Position numbers and translations under genes: made by a program. Shown here piece after piece: positions 9,520 to 22,103 of a stretch of 64,000 nucleotides of DNA. The notes under the pieces are model-generated. The model was given only the letters and a program-made list of their open reading frames with translations, was not told the origin of the DNA and searched no databases. This stretch comes from Monocercomonoides exilis PA203. Taxonomy: Eukaryota > Protista > Preaxostyla. Every line of letters starts with the position of its first letter. Within the stretch, counting starts at the first letter, position 1. The DNA is taken from contig LSRY02000019.1 of assembly GCA_001643675.2 (NCBI GenBank), positions 496,001-560,000 of the forward strand, given 5' to 3'.

Positions 9520-10391
9520 TTGCGCTTCATGAGATATGCATCGGATGCTTAACAAAAGCAATGAAAAATAGCGCAAGAGCAATAAAAGTCTCATGAATAA
9601 TCAGTCTAATGAAGCAATGGATCTCTGGAAAAAATTGCTTAAAGCTGTAGAAAAAAAACGCGTCATGATCATCAAATATCTTTCCGTTGCATCCTCATAA
9701 CATGAAAAATGCTTTTCATTACAGCAAATAGTTACAAGTGATTTGAAAAAATAACGCTTTCCTCAAAAATTGAACAGAATTTTGATAATGACAAAATGTT
9801 TATAATGGCTCAATTTATCAGAAGTTAAGTGAAAATTGCATAAATTGTTATTCTCAGAATAATTATTTTTTTATTTTTTTCAATCGCTTTACAAATTCAT
9901 TTGTAAAAAACAACAATCATAAAAATTATAACTAAAATAATAAAAAGACATATCAAAAATTTCTTGAGTTTGCTATTCTTTCAAATTTAATATCATTTTC
10001 ACACATTGACAAGCGAATGAAAAAACGCTACATTGTTTTTGAACAAAATCAAATCTTTATAATTATTATTATTAGTATTTTTTATTAGAATAAAAATTGC
10101 AACCATCCCTGATGCATTACGTTTTTCTATTGCTTGTGAAAGTTTTTCAGATTGCAAAAAATAGTATAGATAAAACATCATGCATATAATAACAGCATTC
10201 TTAGAAATTTCATATTCTTTGAAATTCAATTTCTCAAAAAAAGTGCAATGAATCCTCTGCAACCAAACACATTAAAACAAGATGAACCAATTGTTCAAAG
10301 GAAAAGCAAGGTGTTAAGTAATATTATAAAATATAGAAAAAATAAACATCTACAAAATTTTTCAACACTATCAATAAATAATTAAGGACTT

Positions 10392-10772
10392 TTATTCAAT
10401 TGGCTCAATCATTCGAACTGGTCTTTCAGGGAATTTTGATCCACCTTGGGTAACATATATATGCTCATAAAGAAGCTTAACTTTTTGCCCAGGTGTCAAA
10501 GTCCTAATTTGAGCAATAATTGCAGGATCTTGTTTGTCTTCGTCGGCATCTGCCTTCAACGAAACATAAATCATTGTTTGTTCTTCGTCCCCGTACTCGC
10601 CAAGTTTTTCATAATGTTCATATTCATCAACTTTGAAAAGTCCGATATCAGTTGCATGTCCACAGCGATCAGGGCATAAGGATGTCATAAAGCGGCAAGG
10701 CTGGTGCTTAATGCCTTGGAATGTTGCTTTCACGCGATGCACTGATAAAACATCAAAAGTACGTGTCTCCAT
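10392..10772 (-). CDS. Intronless 126-aa protein with a C-x5-CPDRCGH motif
   Basis: Clean ATG-TAA ORF with globular composition in AT-rich flanks. Confidence 0.75.
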   Translation of the reverse strand: METRTFDVLSVHRVKATFQGIKHQPCRFMTSLCPDRCGHATDIGLFKVDEYEHYEKLGEYGDEEQTMIYVSLKADADEDKQDPAIIAQIRTLTPGQKVKLLYEHIYVTQGGSKFPERPVRMIEPIE

Positions 10773-11060
10773 ATCTGTTAAAAATGTTTATTTCGTTAAT
10801 TGATCTTTTCGAACCATTACATACACGAAAATGGTCTCGAAGAGTGGGAATTCCAAATACGATGCCTTTTTGCAATAAACAATCAATTTTAACATTTATA
10901 ATTTGGAAATAAAACATTTAAGTGAAGTGAAGTGAAGTGAAATGACATTTGATGAAGATGAATTCTGAAAGTTGAAAGCTTCAAGAAAGCGAGCATAATC
11001 ATAAAATAGTTTCCTCTTTTATATCTTATCATCATTTTTTAGAAAAAATTCTATCGGCAT

Positions 11061-11906
11061 TTACTGCAAATCCAGGCGTTGGAGTGTACAAGACAGTCGG
11101 AATTGTTGGAAGATGAATATCCTTTCAAAAAAGAATTAAAAAAAATACATATTAATAACTTAAAATGAATCATTACAAACTAATTCTCTTGATATTTGTG
11201 TAACGACTCTTCAAAAAATAAAATGTTAAAAATGCAGAAAATATTTCCAGAAACACACTTTTTTCCCGCAGAATAACACTCATTCAATTGCTCCAGCACC
11301 AAAACAATATCTTTCATTTGTGACTTCAATTTGTCTCTCAGAGCACTTGTTTGATTGCGCTCAATCAAAGGAAGGCCCGCAAGTTGAATGTATTGGTTCT
11401 CCAAAATATTAAACAATGCTTCAAGATGTGTGACCAAAAGAGATAACTCTTGTGGATGATCCATATGACAATTGTTTAAAGACGATAAAAACAATGATAT
11501 TTAAACGTGCAAAATAAAAATTTAAAAAAACGAAATATTCAAAAAAACGAATGGTCCAATTGATCAGAAATTTTTTGTTTTGTCAACTAATTCCACTTTG
11601 AAATTCGAATAGTTGCCTTTCTTTATTTCTAAAATCTGATTCTAAAGAGCCTCCACGACATTTCATAACTGAGACGATTTGTATCAAAAAAAATAGATCA
11701 CGTACATGAACGGATCCTTGTCGTGTTGGAATTGATGCAGCGACTGCTTCAATCAAGATAAAATGTTCATGAAGTAATTTTCGTGCATGTGAGACAGATG
11801 CTTCAATGTTTTGATAATTTGAGTTATTGATGCTTTGGGGAATATTAATTGCATCTATTTCTGTTTTCACCTTAATCTCGTTATCAAGAAGTTGTGAAAA
11901 CGTCAT
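11061..11906 (-). CDS. Hypothetical multi-exon helical protein
   Basis: Consecutive coding-like segments separated by AT-rich GT-AG introns. Confidence 0.55.
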
Positions 11907-12307
11907 TTCAACAATATTTTGCTTAGAGCCTGTTTTTTTTTAAAAAAAAAAAATGATTTTACAGAGAAATAAGCAGAAAACCATTTTCCGAATGAAGATG
12001 TCATTTCTTTTGAAATATTGAGAAGAATAAAGCACACCATATTTAAAGTTAGCTATTTCAAGAGTTTTGTACAGCTTGTTGAGCATCGAAGAGCACAATT
12101 CACAGCAAAATGCATCATCTGGTAAGAGGCATTCAGATAGATAAATTTAAAAAATAAATATCAATAAATATAAATTAAAGAATAAAAGAAAATGAAATCA
12201 AAAGAAAGAATATGAATTTCCGCTTTCTATGCATCCTTTAAACCAATATTATCTTTGCTTAAAGCATTTTTCTTCTCTTTATCTTTATCTTTATCTTTAT
12301 CTTTACT

Positions 12308-15300
12308 TCACTCATCTTTTCTTTTCATTCTTTCTTCAAAAATCCGTTATGCACAAATCATTCCACACCTTTCTTTCTCTCTCTCACTTCGACAACAGGA
12401 GCGAATGAGATACCAAAAGGTCCGATGCATTTTGCACAGAAAGTAGAGCGGCAGGCAGCACATACACATCTTGTCGCCATCACTGAGAATCTTTGCCTGA
12501 TTTATTTATTTTTTTAATAATAAGAATGAATGAATGAATGAATGAATAAATAAATAGAAATTATTGAAGAAATGGTTTTTGTTTAACACAAAATGAAAAC
12601 AGAATGCTTTGCACACCTACAAGATATACAATAGGATGCAGGTTTTATTTTGCCTTGCAATTGTTCAGAAGAAAACTGTTAAAAATAGATAGAATAGAAA
12701 TGATTCGAATCCGAAATAAAATAAAATAAATTAAATTAAAAAAGTATTTATTTTCCCTTCTCAACAAAACACACTTCCTTTGCTTGCCGATGAAGCTCCT
12801 CCAGTTCCTGTTTTCGCCTCTCCTTCTGCGCCTGCTGTTTCTCTCTCAACTCTGCAAAATAAGATGTGTGTGAAATCGGGTGGAGATAACGTAGATGCGG
12901 AGGAATTATTGTTGGGCTAATGAAAATAGATGAAGAAAGTTGATAGTTGTAGCAGTAGTAGTAGTAGTATTAATATTAATATTAATAAACAAGAGAAAGG
13001 GGAAAAAAACAATGAATAAATATTAAGTTCAATTTTATTCAATAAGTTTAGAAAAGACAAGAATAAATATATTGTTCATCAATAAATAAAATAAAATAAA
13101 ATAAAATAAACAAATAAACAAATAACAAAACAAACATCTTCTTTTCTGCTTTTCTGCTGAACGCCAACGAAAGCTCGCTCGTGAAAAGCGACGGCGGCTG
13201 AGCCAATTCTTCAATAATCGGCACAAATCCAAGATTATCACCAAATCCAATTTCAGTTCTTGTTCTTGTTCCAATTCCAATAACATTTCTATTTTCATTC
13301 ACATTTTCATTTCTTGTTCCTCTTCCACTTCCTCTTCCACTTTCAACCCCGTTTTCAACTCCGCTTTCAACTTCACTTTCAACTCCACTTCCAATTCCAG
13401 GCACATCAACAGCTGTCCATTCGTCATCGAGTTCTTGGCTGACAAGTGAAGACAACAGAAGAGACGATGAAGGAGAATGAAGCAGAGCCCCACTTTTGGA
13501 CATTTCATTCGCATGTTTTGAATTTAACTTGGAAGTCAAAGAAGAAGGGGAGGTGGAGGAGGAAGAAGAAGATAAAGAAGAAGAAGAGGAGGAGGAAGAA
13601 GAAGAAGCAGACGAATCAGAATGCAAAAGGAGAGAATGATTTTTAGGTGGAGGCGGAGGAGGGGGTGGAGAAGGAGAAGGAGAAAAAGAAAAAGAAGATG
13701 AAGATTGCACAGGTGATTTCAGTGTTTGTTTATTAGAAATCGAAGATTGAGACACATTGGAAGGGGAATCTGTGTGCGAATGAGATGTGTTAAAAGATTG
13801 ATTTGTGGTTGATAATTCTTGTGATGATGCAGATGCAGATGAAGGTGAAGGTGAAGAGGAAGAGGAAGAGGAAGAGGAAGAGGAAGAGGAAGAGGAAGAG
13901 GAAGAGGAAGAGGAAGAGGAAGAGGAAGAGGAAGAGGAAGAGGAAGAGGAAGAGGAAGAGGAAGAGGAAGAGGAAGAGGAAGAGGAAGAGGAAGAGGAAG
14001 AGGAAGAGGAAGAGGAAGAGGAAGAGGAAGAGGAAGAGGAAGAGGAAGAGGAAGAGGAAGAGGAAGAGGAAGAGGAAGAGGAAGAGGAAAAGGAAGAGGA
14101 AGAGGAAGAGGAAGAGGAAGAGGAAGAGGAAGGAGAGGAAGAAGAAGGAGAGGAAGAAGAAAAAGAAGTTGATTGTGAAGAATGAGAGCGCATAGAAGAT
14201 GTCTTACGATGAGGCGGTGGAGGAGGCGGTGGAGGAGCCTGTTGAAAAGAAGAAGCAGAAGAAGAGGCAGAAGAGGCAGAAGAGGCAGAAGAGGCAGAAG
14301 AGGCAGAAGAGGCAGAAGAAGCAGAAGAAGAAGAAGCAGAGGAAGAGGAAGAAGAAGTGGAAGATGATGAAAAAGAAGGCGAAAATGGAGAAGAAGGCGA
14401 AAATGGAGGAGAAGGCGTAGAAGAAACAGCTACCGTTTCAGTCATAGACAAAGGATCAGCGTTGAGTGTTGATTGGCTTATTAATTGAAACGAAGACTGC
14501 GACAAAGAAACCGAAGGAGAAGGAGAAAGAGAAGCAGAAGCAGAAGCAGAAGGCGCATGTGAACAAGCCACTTTTGTTTCCGAAGTATTTTGTTTGTGTG
14601 AAGAAGATGGCTTTTGGGATGGCTGAGCATTGGAGAATGAACTGGATGAAGCTGAGGGATTCTTTGTGCAGTCTGCGTTTAAGTTGGAAGGTGGAGAAGA
14701 CAAAGTGAATGAAGACGAATTTGATACAGATGATGCGGATGATGATGAAAATGGCAATGGAAATGATGATGATGATAACGACGACGATGATGATGATGAT
14801 TGCAGATGAACAGAAGCAGAGCTGGATGAAGTGACTGAAGCAACTGAAGAAGCAGAAGAAGCAGAAGAAGCAGAAGAAGCAGAAGAAGAAGAAGAAGAAG
14901 AAGAAGAACAAGAACAAGAACAAGAACAAGAACAAGAACAAGAACAAGAAGCTGAGTTTTGAGAAGGCTTCGCTTGCTGTGTTGATGTCGTATTGTTCTT
15001 TTGTGCTTCACGAGATGCAATTTCCGTGCCAAAAGCGTTGTTTTGCTTTGAAGAATGGCCAAATTGAGAAGGAATCACACCAACTATTGGTACAATGTTA
15101 TTTCTATGCTGAGGCATTGGCTGCTGCAAAGCCACTCTTCCAGCGGCTGGTTGATTGGATGCTTGCAAATCCTGCTTCGCAGAGGATATGGCAGAATCAG
15201 GCTCGTTTCTTGTCTGCCGCTGCACCGCTTGTTTTGTTGACTGCTGCAAAGAAGTCAAAGTTGGTGCTGAAGAATCTTTTGTGGATGACGAAATAGAATC

Positions 15301-16208
15301 CAACTCAAAAGCAGATCGAATCTTTGCCGGATGCATTTCAAAACGGCGACCATCAAATGTTTGTGGAGATCCAGCTAAGCCTTGTGACGCTTGAGACATC
15401 CCCGAAATTGATGTACTGTCTCTAGATAGCTGCTTACTTGGAATTCCATTCGATAAAGTAAATTGGTCATTTGAGTTAAAAAAGGTAGAAGTCGATGACG
15501 AAGAAGTTATTGAAGTTGAAGATGGCATCGAACTAATCTGTTTGGTTGTGGACGCACCCTGAGAATAAGGAATTGCAGCTGTTGATGACGCAGAACAATC
15601 GCAAGCTGATGGGAGTTGTGGATGAACCGTAGATAAGGAATTCTGTGGATAGCAATCATTATAGTGATGAATATCTGCTTTTTCCGATCCGGTATGAGTC
15701 ATTGAGCTGTTATCTTGCTGCGTGGGATGAGCAATTATTGAAGGAGATGTCAACGGATCATTGACGCGCGGAGGGCGAGCGAATACAAACGAAGTATGCC
15801 TTGAAGCTTGCTGTTGACACGGAACAAATTGTGGAATATTTTGTCTTTGCGGAATCCAAGTATTGGAGCTAAACTGATTTGAGTCATATGCACATCCATC
15901 ATTCCACCCAAGCGTCTTTAATTCAGATGCATAAATTGGAGGATATATCCGAGAAACTGGGCATTGAGGAGGGAAAGGAATCTGTTGCCAAGAACGAGGT
16001 TTGGATGGAATTTGAGGAGGAATTTCGGGAACATATGTGCCCAAGGAATAGCCTTTTTGTGTCCAATGTCCGGATGCAGGCAGAGCTGGATACCAAACAT
16101 TTCCCGGCACGCTTCAAATATAAATAATTAAGATCCAAAAGGTGTAAAGAGGTAGATATATCTGAAATGTAATGACAATTCACGTAAAGTTGCACACTAG
16201 CTGGCCAT
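12308..16208 (-). CDS. Ser-rich low-complexity protein with a C-terminal FYVE-like zinc finger
   Basis: A 3-kb exon (ORF 13048..16110) plus small 3' exons splice to YCISCRQRFSVMATRCMCAACRSTFCAKC. The start at 16208 is inferred via a short intron. Confidence 0.7.
13855..14130. repeat. (GAGGAA)n microsatellite encoding poly-Ser on the minus strand
   Basis: Direct inspection. Confidence 0.97.
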
Positions 16209-16643
16209 CTTCGGATGTTCCCTTTCAAAAATTCAGTTATATTATAAAAAATAAATATTGAAAATAATTATTTTTCACAATAATTTTTGTATGGGTTTCT
16301 TTTTTTTTTCGTAAAGAATAAACAAAACTACAACACCTCTTGTCATGGGAGTAATTATAGTTGGGAATTGTTATAAATCTGCATGAATATGACTGGTCTC
16401 ACTTGTCTGAACTGTTCTAATTGTGGTATATTTAATTCTGCTGCATTCTCTTGTAGGCTCCACTGTCTGTGCGCTTGGAACTTGAGAGTTGAGTTGGTTG
16501 TTCAGTTCCACAATAGGTGGTCGAGGTAACGCAGTTGTTCTTGAAAAGAGGCTTGTTGTTTCCTGTGAGGCGGAGGCTGGGAGAAATGGTGCTTGGACAG
16601 TGGATGAGCAGTTGGAAGCAACAAGCGCGGTTTGATCTTCCTG

Positions 16644-17885
16644 TTAAGGAGCAATCAGCGCGTGGGCCATGTCGGAAGCAAGGTTGACTCTAAGGAAGGA
16701 GCGCGTTGGAGTGTGAGCTGTCGGGGATAGGCGAGCACGTTTCGCTATCAGCACTTCTCGGACCCCCTTCAAGATCAAGGCGGAAATGGCTGCATGCTTG
16801 ATTGTGTATGGTCTGAACTCCTGTGGGATCCCTACCTGTGTCATTCCGAGTTTTGCCAATTTTCTAATTCCTGAAGTCTTCAGCGGTGTGTGATGCGTCG
16901 TGTTCAGAAGAAATATGTCTCTCGATTCGTTGGTTCTTCGAACTCTTTCCCAAAGGCAGTTGACGGCTCTTGCTGAGCAGATCTTCTCATCAACATCTCA
17001 TAAGAAAGGAATTGTTACGTAACTCAATGGAATGGAAGTTTTCAGGTGAGTGTGGAGGTGGATGAAATCGTTGTTGAAAATGGATTTGCTCATCGATAGT
17101 TGTTCGAGTTCGTGGAAGCGGCATGCTGTTAACAGAACACATAGCAAAATGCACTTCACTGTAAGTTCGAAAAACGATAGGTTAGCATTGCATGGTCGTG
17201 AATTGGAATAGTCAAACACCAGTGAGTGCGACAACATATATGTGTAAGGTTTTCTTGGAACATGGGAACGGTGGAAGGAGTAGAAGATTGTCTTAATAAT
17301 TGGGACTTGCTTAATGTCTTCTCCATAACTAATTCTTGAGAATAGAGAAAATGCAAATCTCGAGGCGCACAAGCATGTGTAGGGGAATCCCTTTTCCTTC
17401 AGTTTGACAAAAATCATGGCACACCTTTGACACCATTCCACGAAGTCTTGTGGAAATTCTCCACAATTTTCCTCCGTCCATGCCTGGGCAAAATGCGCGA
17501 ATCCTAATGTGAAGGCTGTCCAAGTTGAAGTCGATGCACTATTTTTAGCTTCGGTGATTATTGCTTCGGGAACAATGCATCTACGAAGGTCGCTGTTCCA
17601 CCACTGCTCTCCTTTTTGCGCTACCAGTTGAGTCTTGCAGCCAAGAACACCCCCCGGGGAAGTGAAACTCCAGTCTTCTTTGGACCCGGTCCCGCCTTCA
17701 AAACTTTGTTCGAATTGTTTCATTTCATTCAACGTGTTGATATCTCCATAAACAGTTGGATCCAAATTTGGTTCCTCCAAGCTGAAAGATGAATCACTTA
17801 TTTTTCCTGTTCCTCCCGAATCTTCCTTTAGCAATGAAGAATCAGAGGTATTTGGGGATGAACAAGGGTTACTGCTCCTTTCCAT
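16644..17885 (-). pseudogene. Tyrosine recombinase remnant of element 2
   Basis: TACRFHEL, HLKTS and PYTIKHAAIS motifs; broken by a stop near 16998. Confidence 0.8.
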
Positions 17886-19636
17886 TTTGCTTGACGTCCA
17901 TCATCTATCACGTGGCTTCCTGGCCCAAACCAGATTGCAGCTTTGTGGTTTCGTCCGTTCGCGAAGGCATCCTGTTCGATTGTGATGTTCAGTCGTTGTT
18001 CTAGCTCTCTTTGTGCTTCACCTGTAATCTCGTAGTCTCCTGCGCGTTTAGGTTTTGAGAGGGCATCCGCCGTCGTGTTCTTTGCTCCTGGAAGGTGAAT
18101 TGCTCTCAGCTGAATGTTCCATTCTGTTGTCCATTGTCTGATCTTCCTCGTGAGAGACAGGAGATTCTTTCCAGCTGTCCAGCGATTGATGTCGTATACA
18201 ACAGCGGTGTTGTCCGATCTCAGAAGAATCCATCGGGCATTGTGTTTGGCAATGAGATAGAGCAAATGTTTGAGGGACAAAAGGACAGCTAACAACTCCT
18301 TGAAATTGGATGACTGGTTGAGGAATACTCGATTGAAAGCTTGATGGAAGTGGTATAGAGAGCTGCCTATTCAAAGGGTTGCACCACAGGCCCAGTGTGT
18401 AGCATCGGTTGTCAACGTCGCGTCTGGAATTGCAAACAACACCCAAGGTCTTTCCTCCTTCTCTCTCAGTCTCGTTTTCCAATATTGAAGCTGTTTCATA
18501 ATTGAATGATTCAGATTCATCGCACCAGTCCAACCGGTTTTCCTGACTGCATTGTTGAGTTCTTTGAATAATTTATTCATGCGCAGAGAAGCGTCTGTGT
18601 AGACGAATCGAGTTGCGCTGATTTCGCCTTCTGGTGATGTGAACTCTTTTGTCATTATCGGTGTTTCCTTCGATGCCAAACACATCCACCGTTTCATTTT
18701 CTTCTGCAACAAGGACCTGTGCTTCGTCTCCAACGCGACCTTCATAAATTGTGCATTCCATGTCCAACCAAGAAAGGAGAAGATTTTTCTTGGAGTTAAC
18801 CTGCTCTTCTCTTCGTTGACAACAAGTCCGAGATTGTTGAACCAGTGAACGATTCCTGTTGTAGCTTTCAACAAGGCGTCTTTGTCCTCGTGAAAAATGA
18901 TTATGTCGTCGAGATAATTAAAACATCTTTCCCTCCATCTTTTCCTTACCTGCTGCACGACCTTCCTCATCAGCTTTGAAAATATTCCTGGAGCATCTTT
19001 GTAACCGAAGGGGAGACCTTTGAATGCGAATGTCCTCTTTCTGAAGCCGAAAGCAAGGAAGGGAGTGAAATCTTTGTGTACGGGGACATGGATATAGGCC
19101 TGTGAGATGTCTATTGAAACCGCATAATCGTCCTTGCGGAGGAGCTTCTCCAGTGTCTTGTGATCCTCGGATTTGAAGTGAATGTCCTTTATTTCTTTGT
19201 TAAAGGGGCGATGATCGAGGATCTGTCGATATTTCCCGTTCTTTTTCTTTTTGAAAAACAGAGTGTTCAAACATTTTGCCTCTCCTTCTTTGATTTCGCA
19301 TAAGATGTTGTTGGACAAACTCTCCTGTATCCATTTGGCACACTTTTCATCTTCCTTTCTTGTGCCAATGTAGCCTCTTCGCAAATAAACCTCCTTCGTT
19401 AACTTTTCTTTCGCAGATTTTCCTTTCCAAACTGGGCGAACTCCAAACGTTGTTGTGTTCTTAACTCCATTGCTCCTCCATTCCTATGTAAACATCTGAG
19501 TCCTGCCTCCTTTTAAATCTTGGATGTCCCCCGGCTTCGGAACCATTTCACTGTTTGTCACTGTTGTCTGGATGATGTTCTCGTTCGGAACTGGGCAGGC
19601 CCGATGCTTCGGGCCGGAAGCCGAAAAAATCTTCTT
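17600..19636 (-). pseudogene. pol remnant of element 2 (RT, RNase H, MT)
   Basis: IDISQAY, LPFG, YLDD, TTDAT, RSDN, NTTADALS, QDAFA and LVHPQIPLI, with several in-frame stops. Confidence 0.88.
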
Positions 19637-19639
19637 CTA
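19598..19639 (-). promoter_or_regulatory. Putative -1 ribosomal frameshift signal, element 2
   Basis: A_UUU_UUU_CGG, 8-nt spacer, 7-bp stem GGCCCGA/UCGGGCC; pol-frame TAG at 19637-19639. Confidence 0.65.
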
Positions 19640-20208
19640 TTGTAAAGTTGGTACTGCGATGGTTGCGATCGAGCTCTCCTTGCCTCGAGAAATGGTTTGA
19701 ACTTGAACAATTTTTCACTCGAGACAATTGGGTCCTCTGTTACCATTCTAAGCGCTTTAGCTGCGGAGAATCCGTATTCTGCTTAAATCCTAGAGTTCCT
19801 TGCTTCTTGGAGACCCGAAATCACAAGCATCATCGCATTGGATAGTCCTTCCAGTTTCTCCGGCGCATCTGCGTGTGTTTGTATTAGTGCCTTCACTGCT
19901 TGAATTAAGTAGTGTTCAACTCTCCAGCCGCTGGAATTTAGTGCGTCCTTTATCTAATTTGATGGTCTTGCAAATTTGTGAACCTTGGATGGGATTAACG
20001 GTGGGAAGGATAAAAATACAAAAAAAGAAACTAAGTAGGCTATATGGTGTGAGTTGATATTCAGATCAAAAATGGATTCCGAGGTTTCTGACCCAAATAA
20101 TTCTTTGTATAACGTAGCAAAAATATCCTTTCCATTATGGGATGAAGCGGAAGAGGTATCTCCTGATGAAGATTGTGCTGGTTGCAGAAGTGGTACACTG
20201 CTTGAGGA

Positions 20209-20754
20209 TATACCTCTGTGACCTGACAAATAACTTGAAGCCTCGTCTGTCACAAAAAAAAAAGAAAGAAAAAGAAAAAGAAAAAGAAAAAGAAAAAGAA
20301 ATGAAATGAAATGAAAAGAAGAGAAAAGAATAGATTAGAATAGAATAGAATAATAAAATTATAAATAAAATAAAATAAAATTTAAACTAATTAAACGATA
20401 GCTAAAACTTTTAAAGATTTTCAAAGCATTTTGGAAAAGATTTGTTGATAGCATCTGTCATATCTTGTCGATTTTTCTCTTTTGTCAGTGACTGTCAATG
20501 ACAAATTGTGACAAAAATATGCCTCAACTGACATCTCGTGTCAAATAAAATAAATATTGGGAACCTGATCATTTTATTTTTATTTTAATTTTTACAAAAT
20601 AATAAGAATTATTTCATGAAGATTTTCAAATTAATTATTATAGTAATTATGAATTAAAAAATCGTTATAAATAACCCTTTTTGACAAGTCATAAATATCT
20701 TGTCAGTCATTTTGTCATTGTTACAATTTTCTTTTGTCATGTCACAGAGGTATA
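20209..20754. mobile_element. Non-autonomous DNA transposon (hAT-like MITE) nested in the gag region of element 2
   Basis: 22-bp TIRs tatacctctgtgac(c/a)tgacaaa; perfect 8-bp TSD cttgagga at 20201-20208 and 20755-20762; many TGACA/TGTCA subterminal motifs. Confidence 0.9.
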
Positions 20755-21469
20755 CTTGAGGAGGTAGGCTGAGATAAGCCCACGGCGCCCGTTGATCCGC
20801 TGAGCGTAAAAATACTACCCAGTCCAAATCCAGGTCTTGTTGCAGTGTTTTCAATATCTATGATCTGATAAGCGACTGAGCCCTTAATACAGACTCCACT
20901 TCCATGACAAGAGGTGTTGCAGTTATCGTTTGTTCTGGAGAATTAAGGTGCTCTGAACTTTAATTTTCTCTCTCTTCAGATAACAACCACTTTATTTCTT
21001 GTATATTTCATGATTTTCTTTCATTAAAATAGTTATGATTTCGGTTTATGAAGAAGATCCTGGTTTTTCATGATCACTGCCTTTTTTGTTTAATAGTTGA
21101 GATATATGGGACAAAATTTTTTGATTTATGAATTTTGTTCCATTCTGCACATAAAATTAGTTTCTCAATTTTGAAAATTTTCATATGTTTATTTGACATG
21201 AAAATGAAAGTTTCAGTAAAATAAAAGTGTATCGGAACTCCCAATTTTGCACAAAAAAATAGATAAAGTTATTAAGGTCATAAATTGAAATGCTTGATAA
21301 ATTTTCAGTGATTGAAAGGTCTTCCATAGAAGTTAGAAAATTTTGAAAAAGTCAAAAAAATTAAAAATCTATGGTTTATAATCAAAAGAGTTTTATGGCA
21401 AGATCTGAAGATGAAAAAAATAGTTAAACAGCATTTCAATAGAACTCGTTCTTCCATGATATAGAAAAA

Positions 21470-22092
21470 ATGCAGAATTTGTTTTTCCAATGTTTTCAAG
21501 AGTTCGCCACGAAGGATTGCCCGAAATACAGAAGCAAAAGGAGAACCAGGGAGGAAACAGAAGGATGCAAATATCTTTGGTTTCAAACTTGCTGGAAAAA
21601 AACCTCAAAATTTTAAAATTCACAATTTTCCAAAATGAAACTTCCGATTAATATTGTTTTGCAAAATCTATTGTTCTATTGGATTGGAATCGAATTGAAA
21701 TTAATTCATTTACTGACAGGTGAATCTTATCCAACAATAGGTCATTGGACAAGCGTTGTTCGAGTTGTTTGCACACAAACATTAAATGAAATGATCACTT
21801 TTTAGAAGGGTTCTGAAAATGTGTAGAAATCGATGAGTCTATTTGGACGAGAAGGAAATGTGGAAGAGGAAGAAAAAAGGAATTGATGAGGATTATCGGA
21901 GGTTTTGAGAGGAAGGAAGGAGGAGGAACTGGAATATTTTTTGTAATCATCGCGCTAAATAGAACAAAAGAAACATTGATTCCAATCATTCAAGAAAAAA
22001 TAGTTGATGGAACAATAATAATTAGTGATGAATGAAAAAGCAACAACTGTCTGAAAGACTTAAGTTATGAACAGATTACAGTCTGTCATTAG
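21470..22092 (+). pseudogene. Merlin/ISXO2-like (IS1595 family) DDE transposase remnant
   Basis: Manual translation from 21820: CVEIDESIWTRRKCGRGR...IIGGFER...NRTKETLIPIIQEKIVDGTIIISDE*...ITVCH. Upstream Zn-ribbon/HTH-like segment; stops and a frameshift. Confidence 0.85.
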
Positions 22093-22103
22093 GGAACTTT
22101 ATA

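Larger units (their letters stand above)
16326..20924 (-). mobile_element. Decayed DIRS-like retrotransposon, element 2, with 27-bp inverted termini
   Basis: 16326-16352 and 20898-20924 are inverted repeats with 2 mismatches. They enclose gag, RT, RNase H, MT and YR remnants. Confidence 0.9.

Noticed and set aside
13803-14947. Poly-E, poly-RK and poly-F ORFs
   Set aside because: Shadow frames of microsatellites in the poly-Ser gene.
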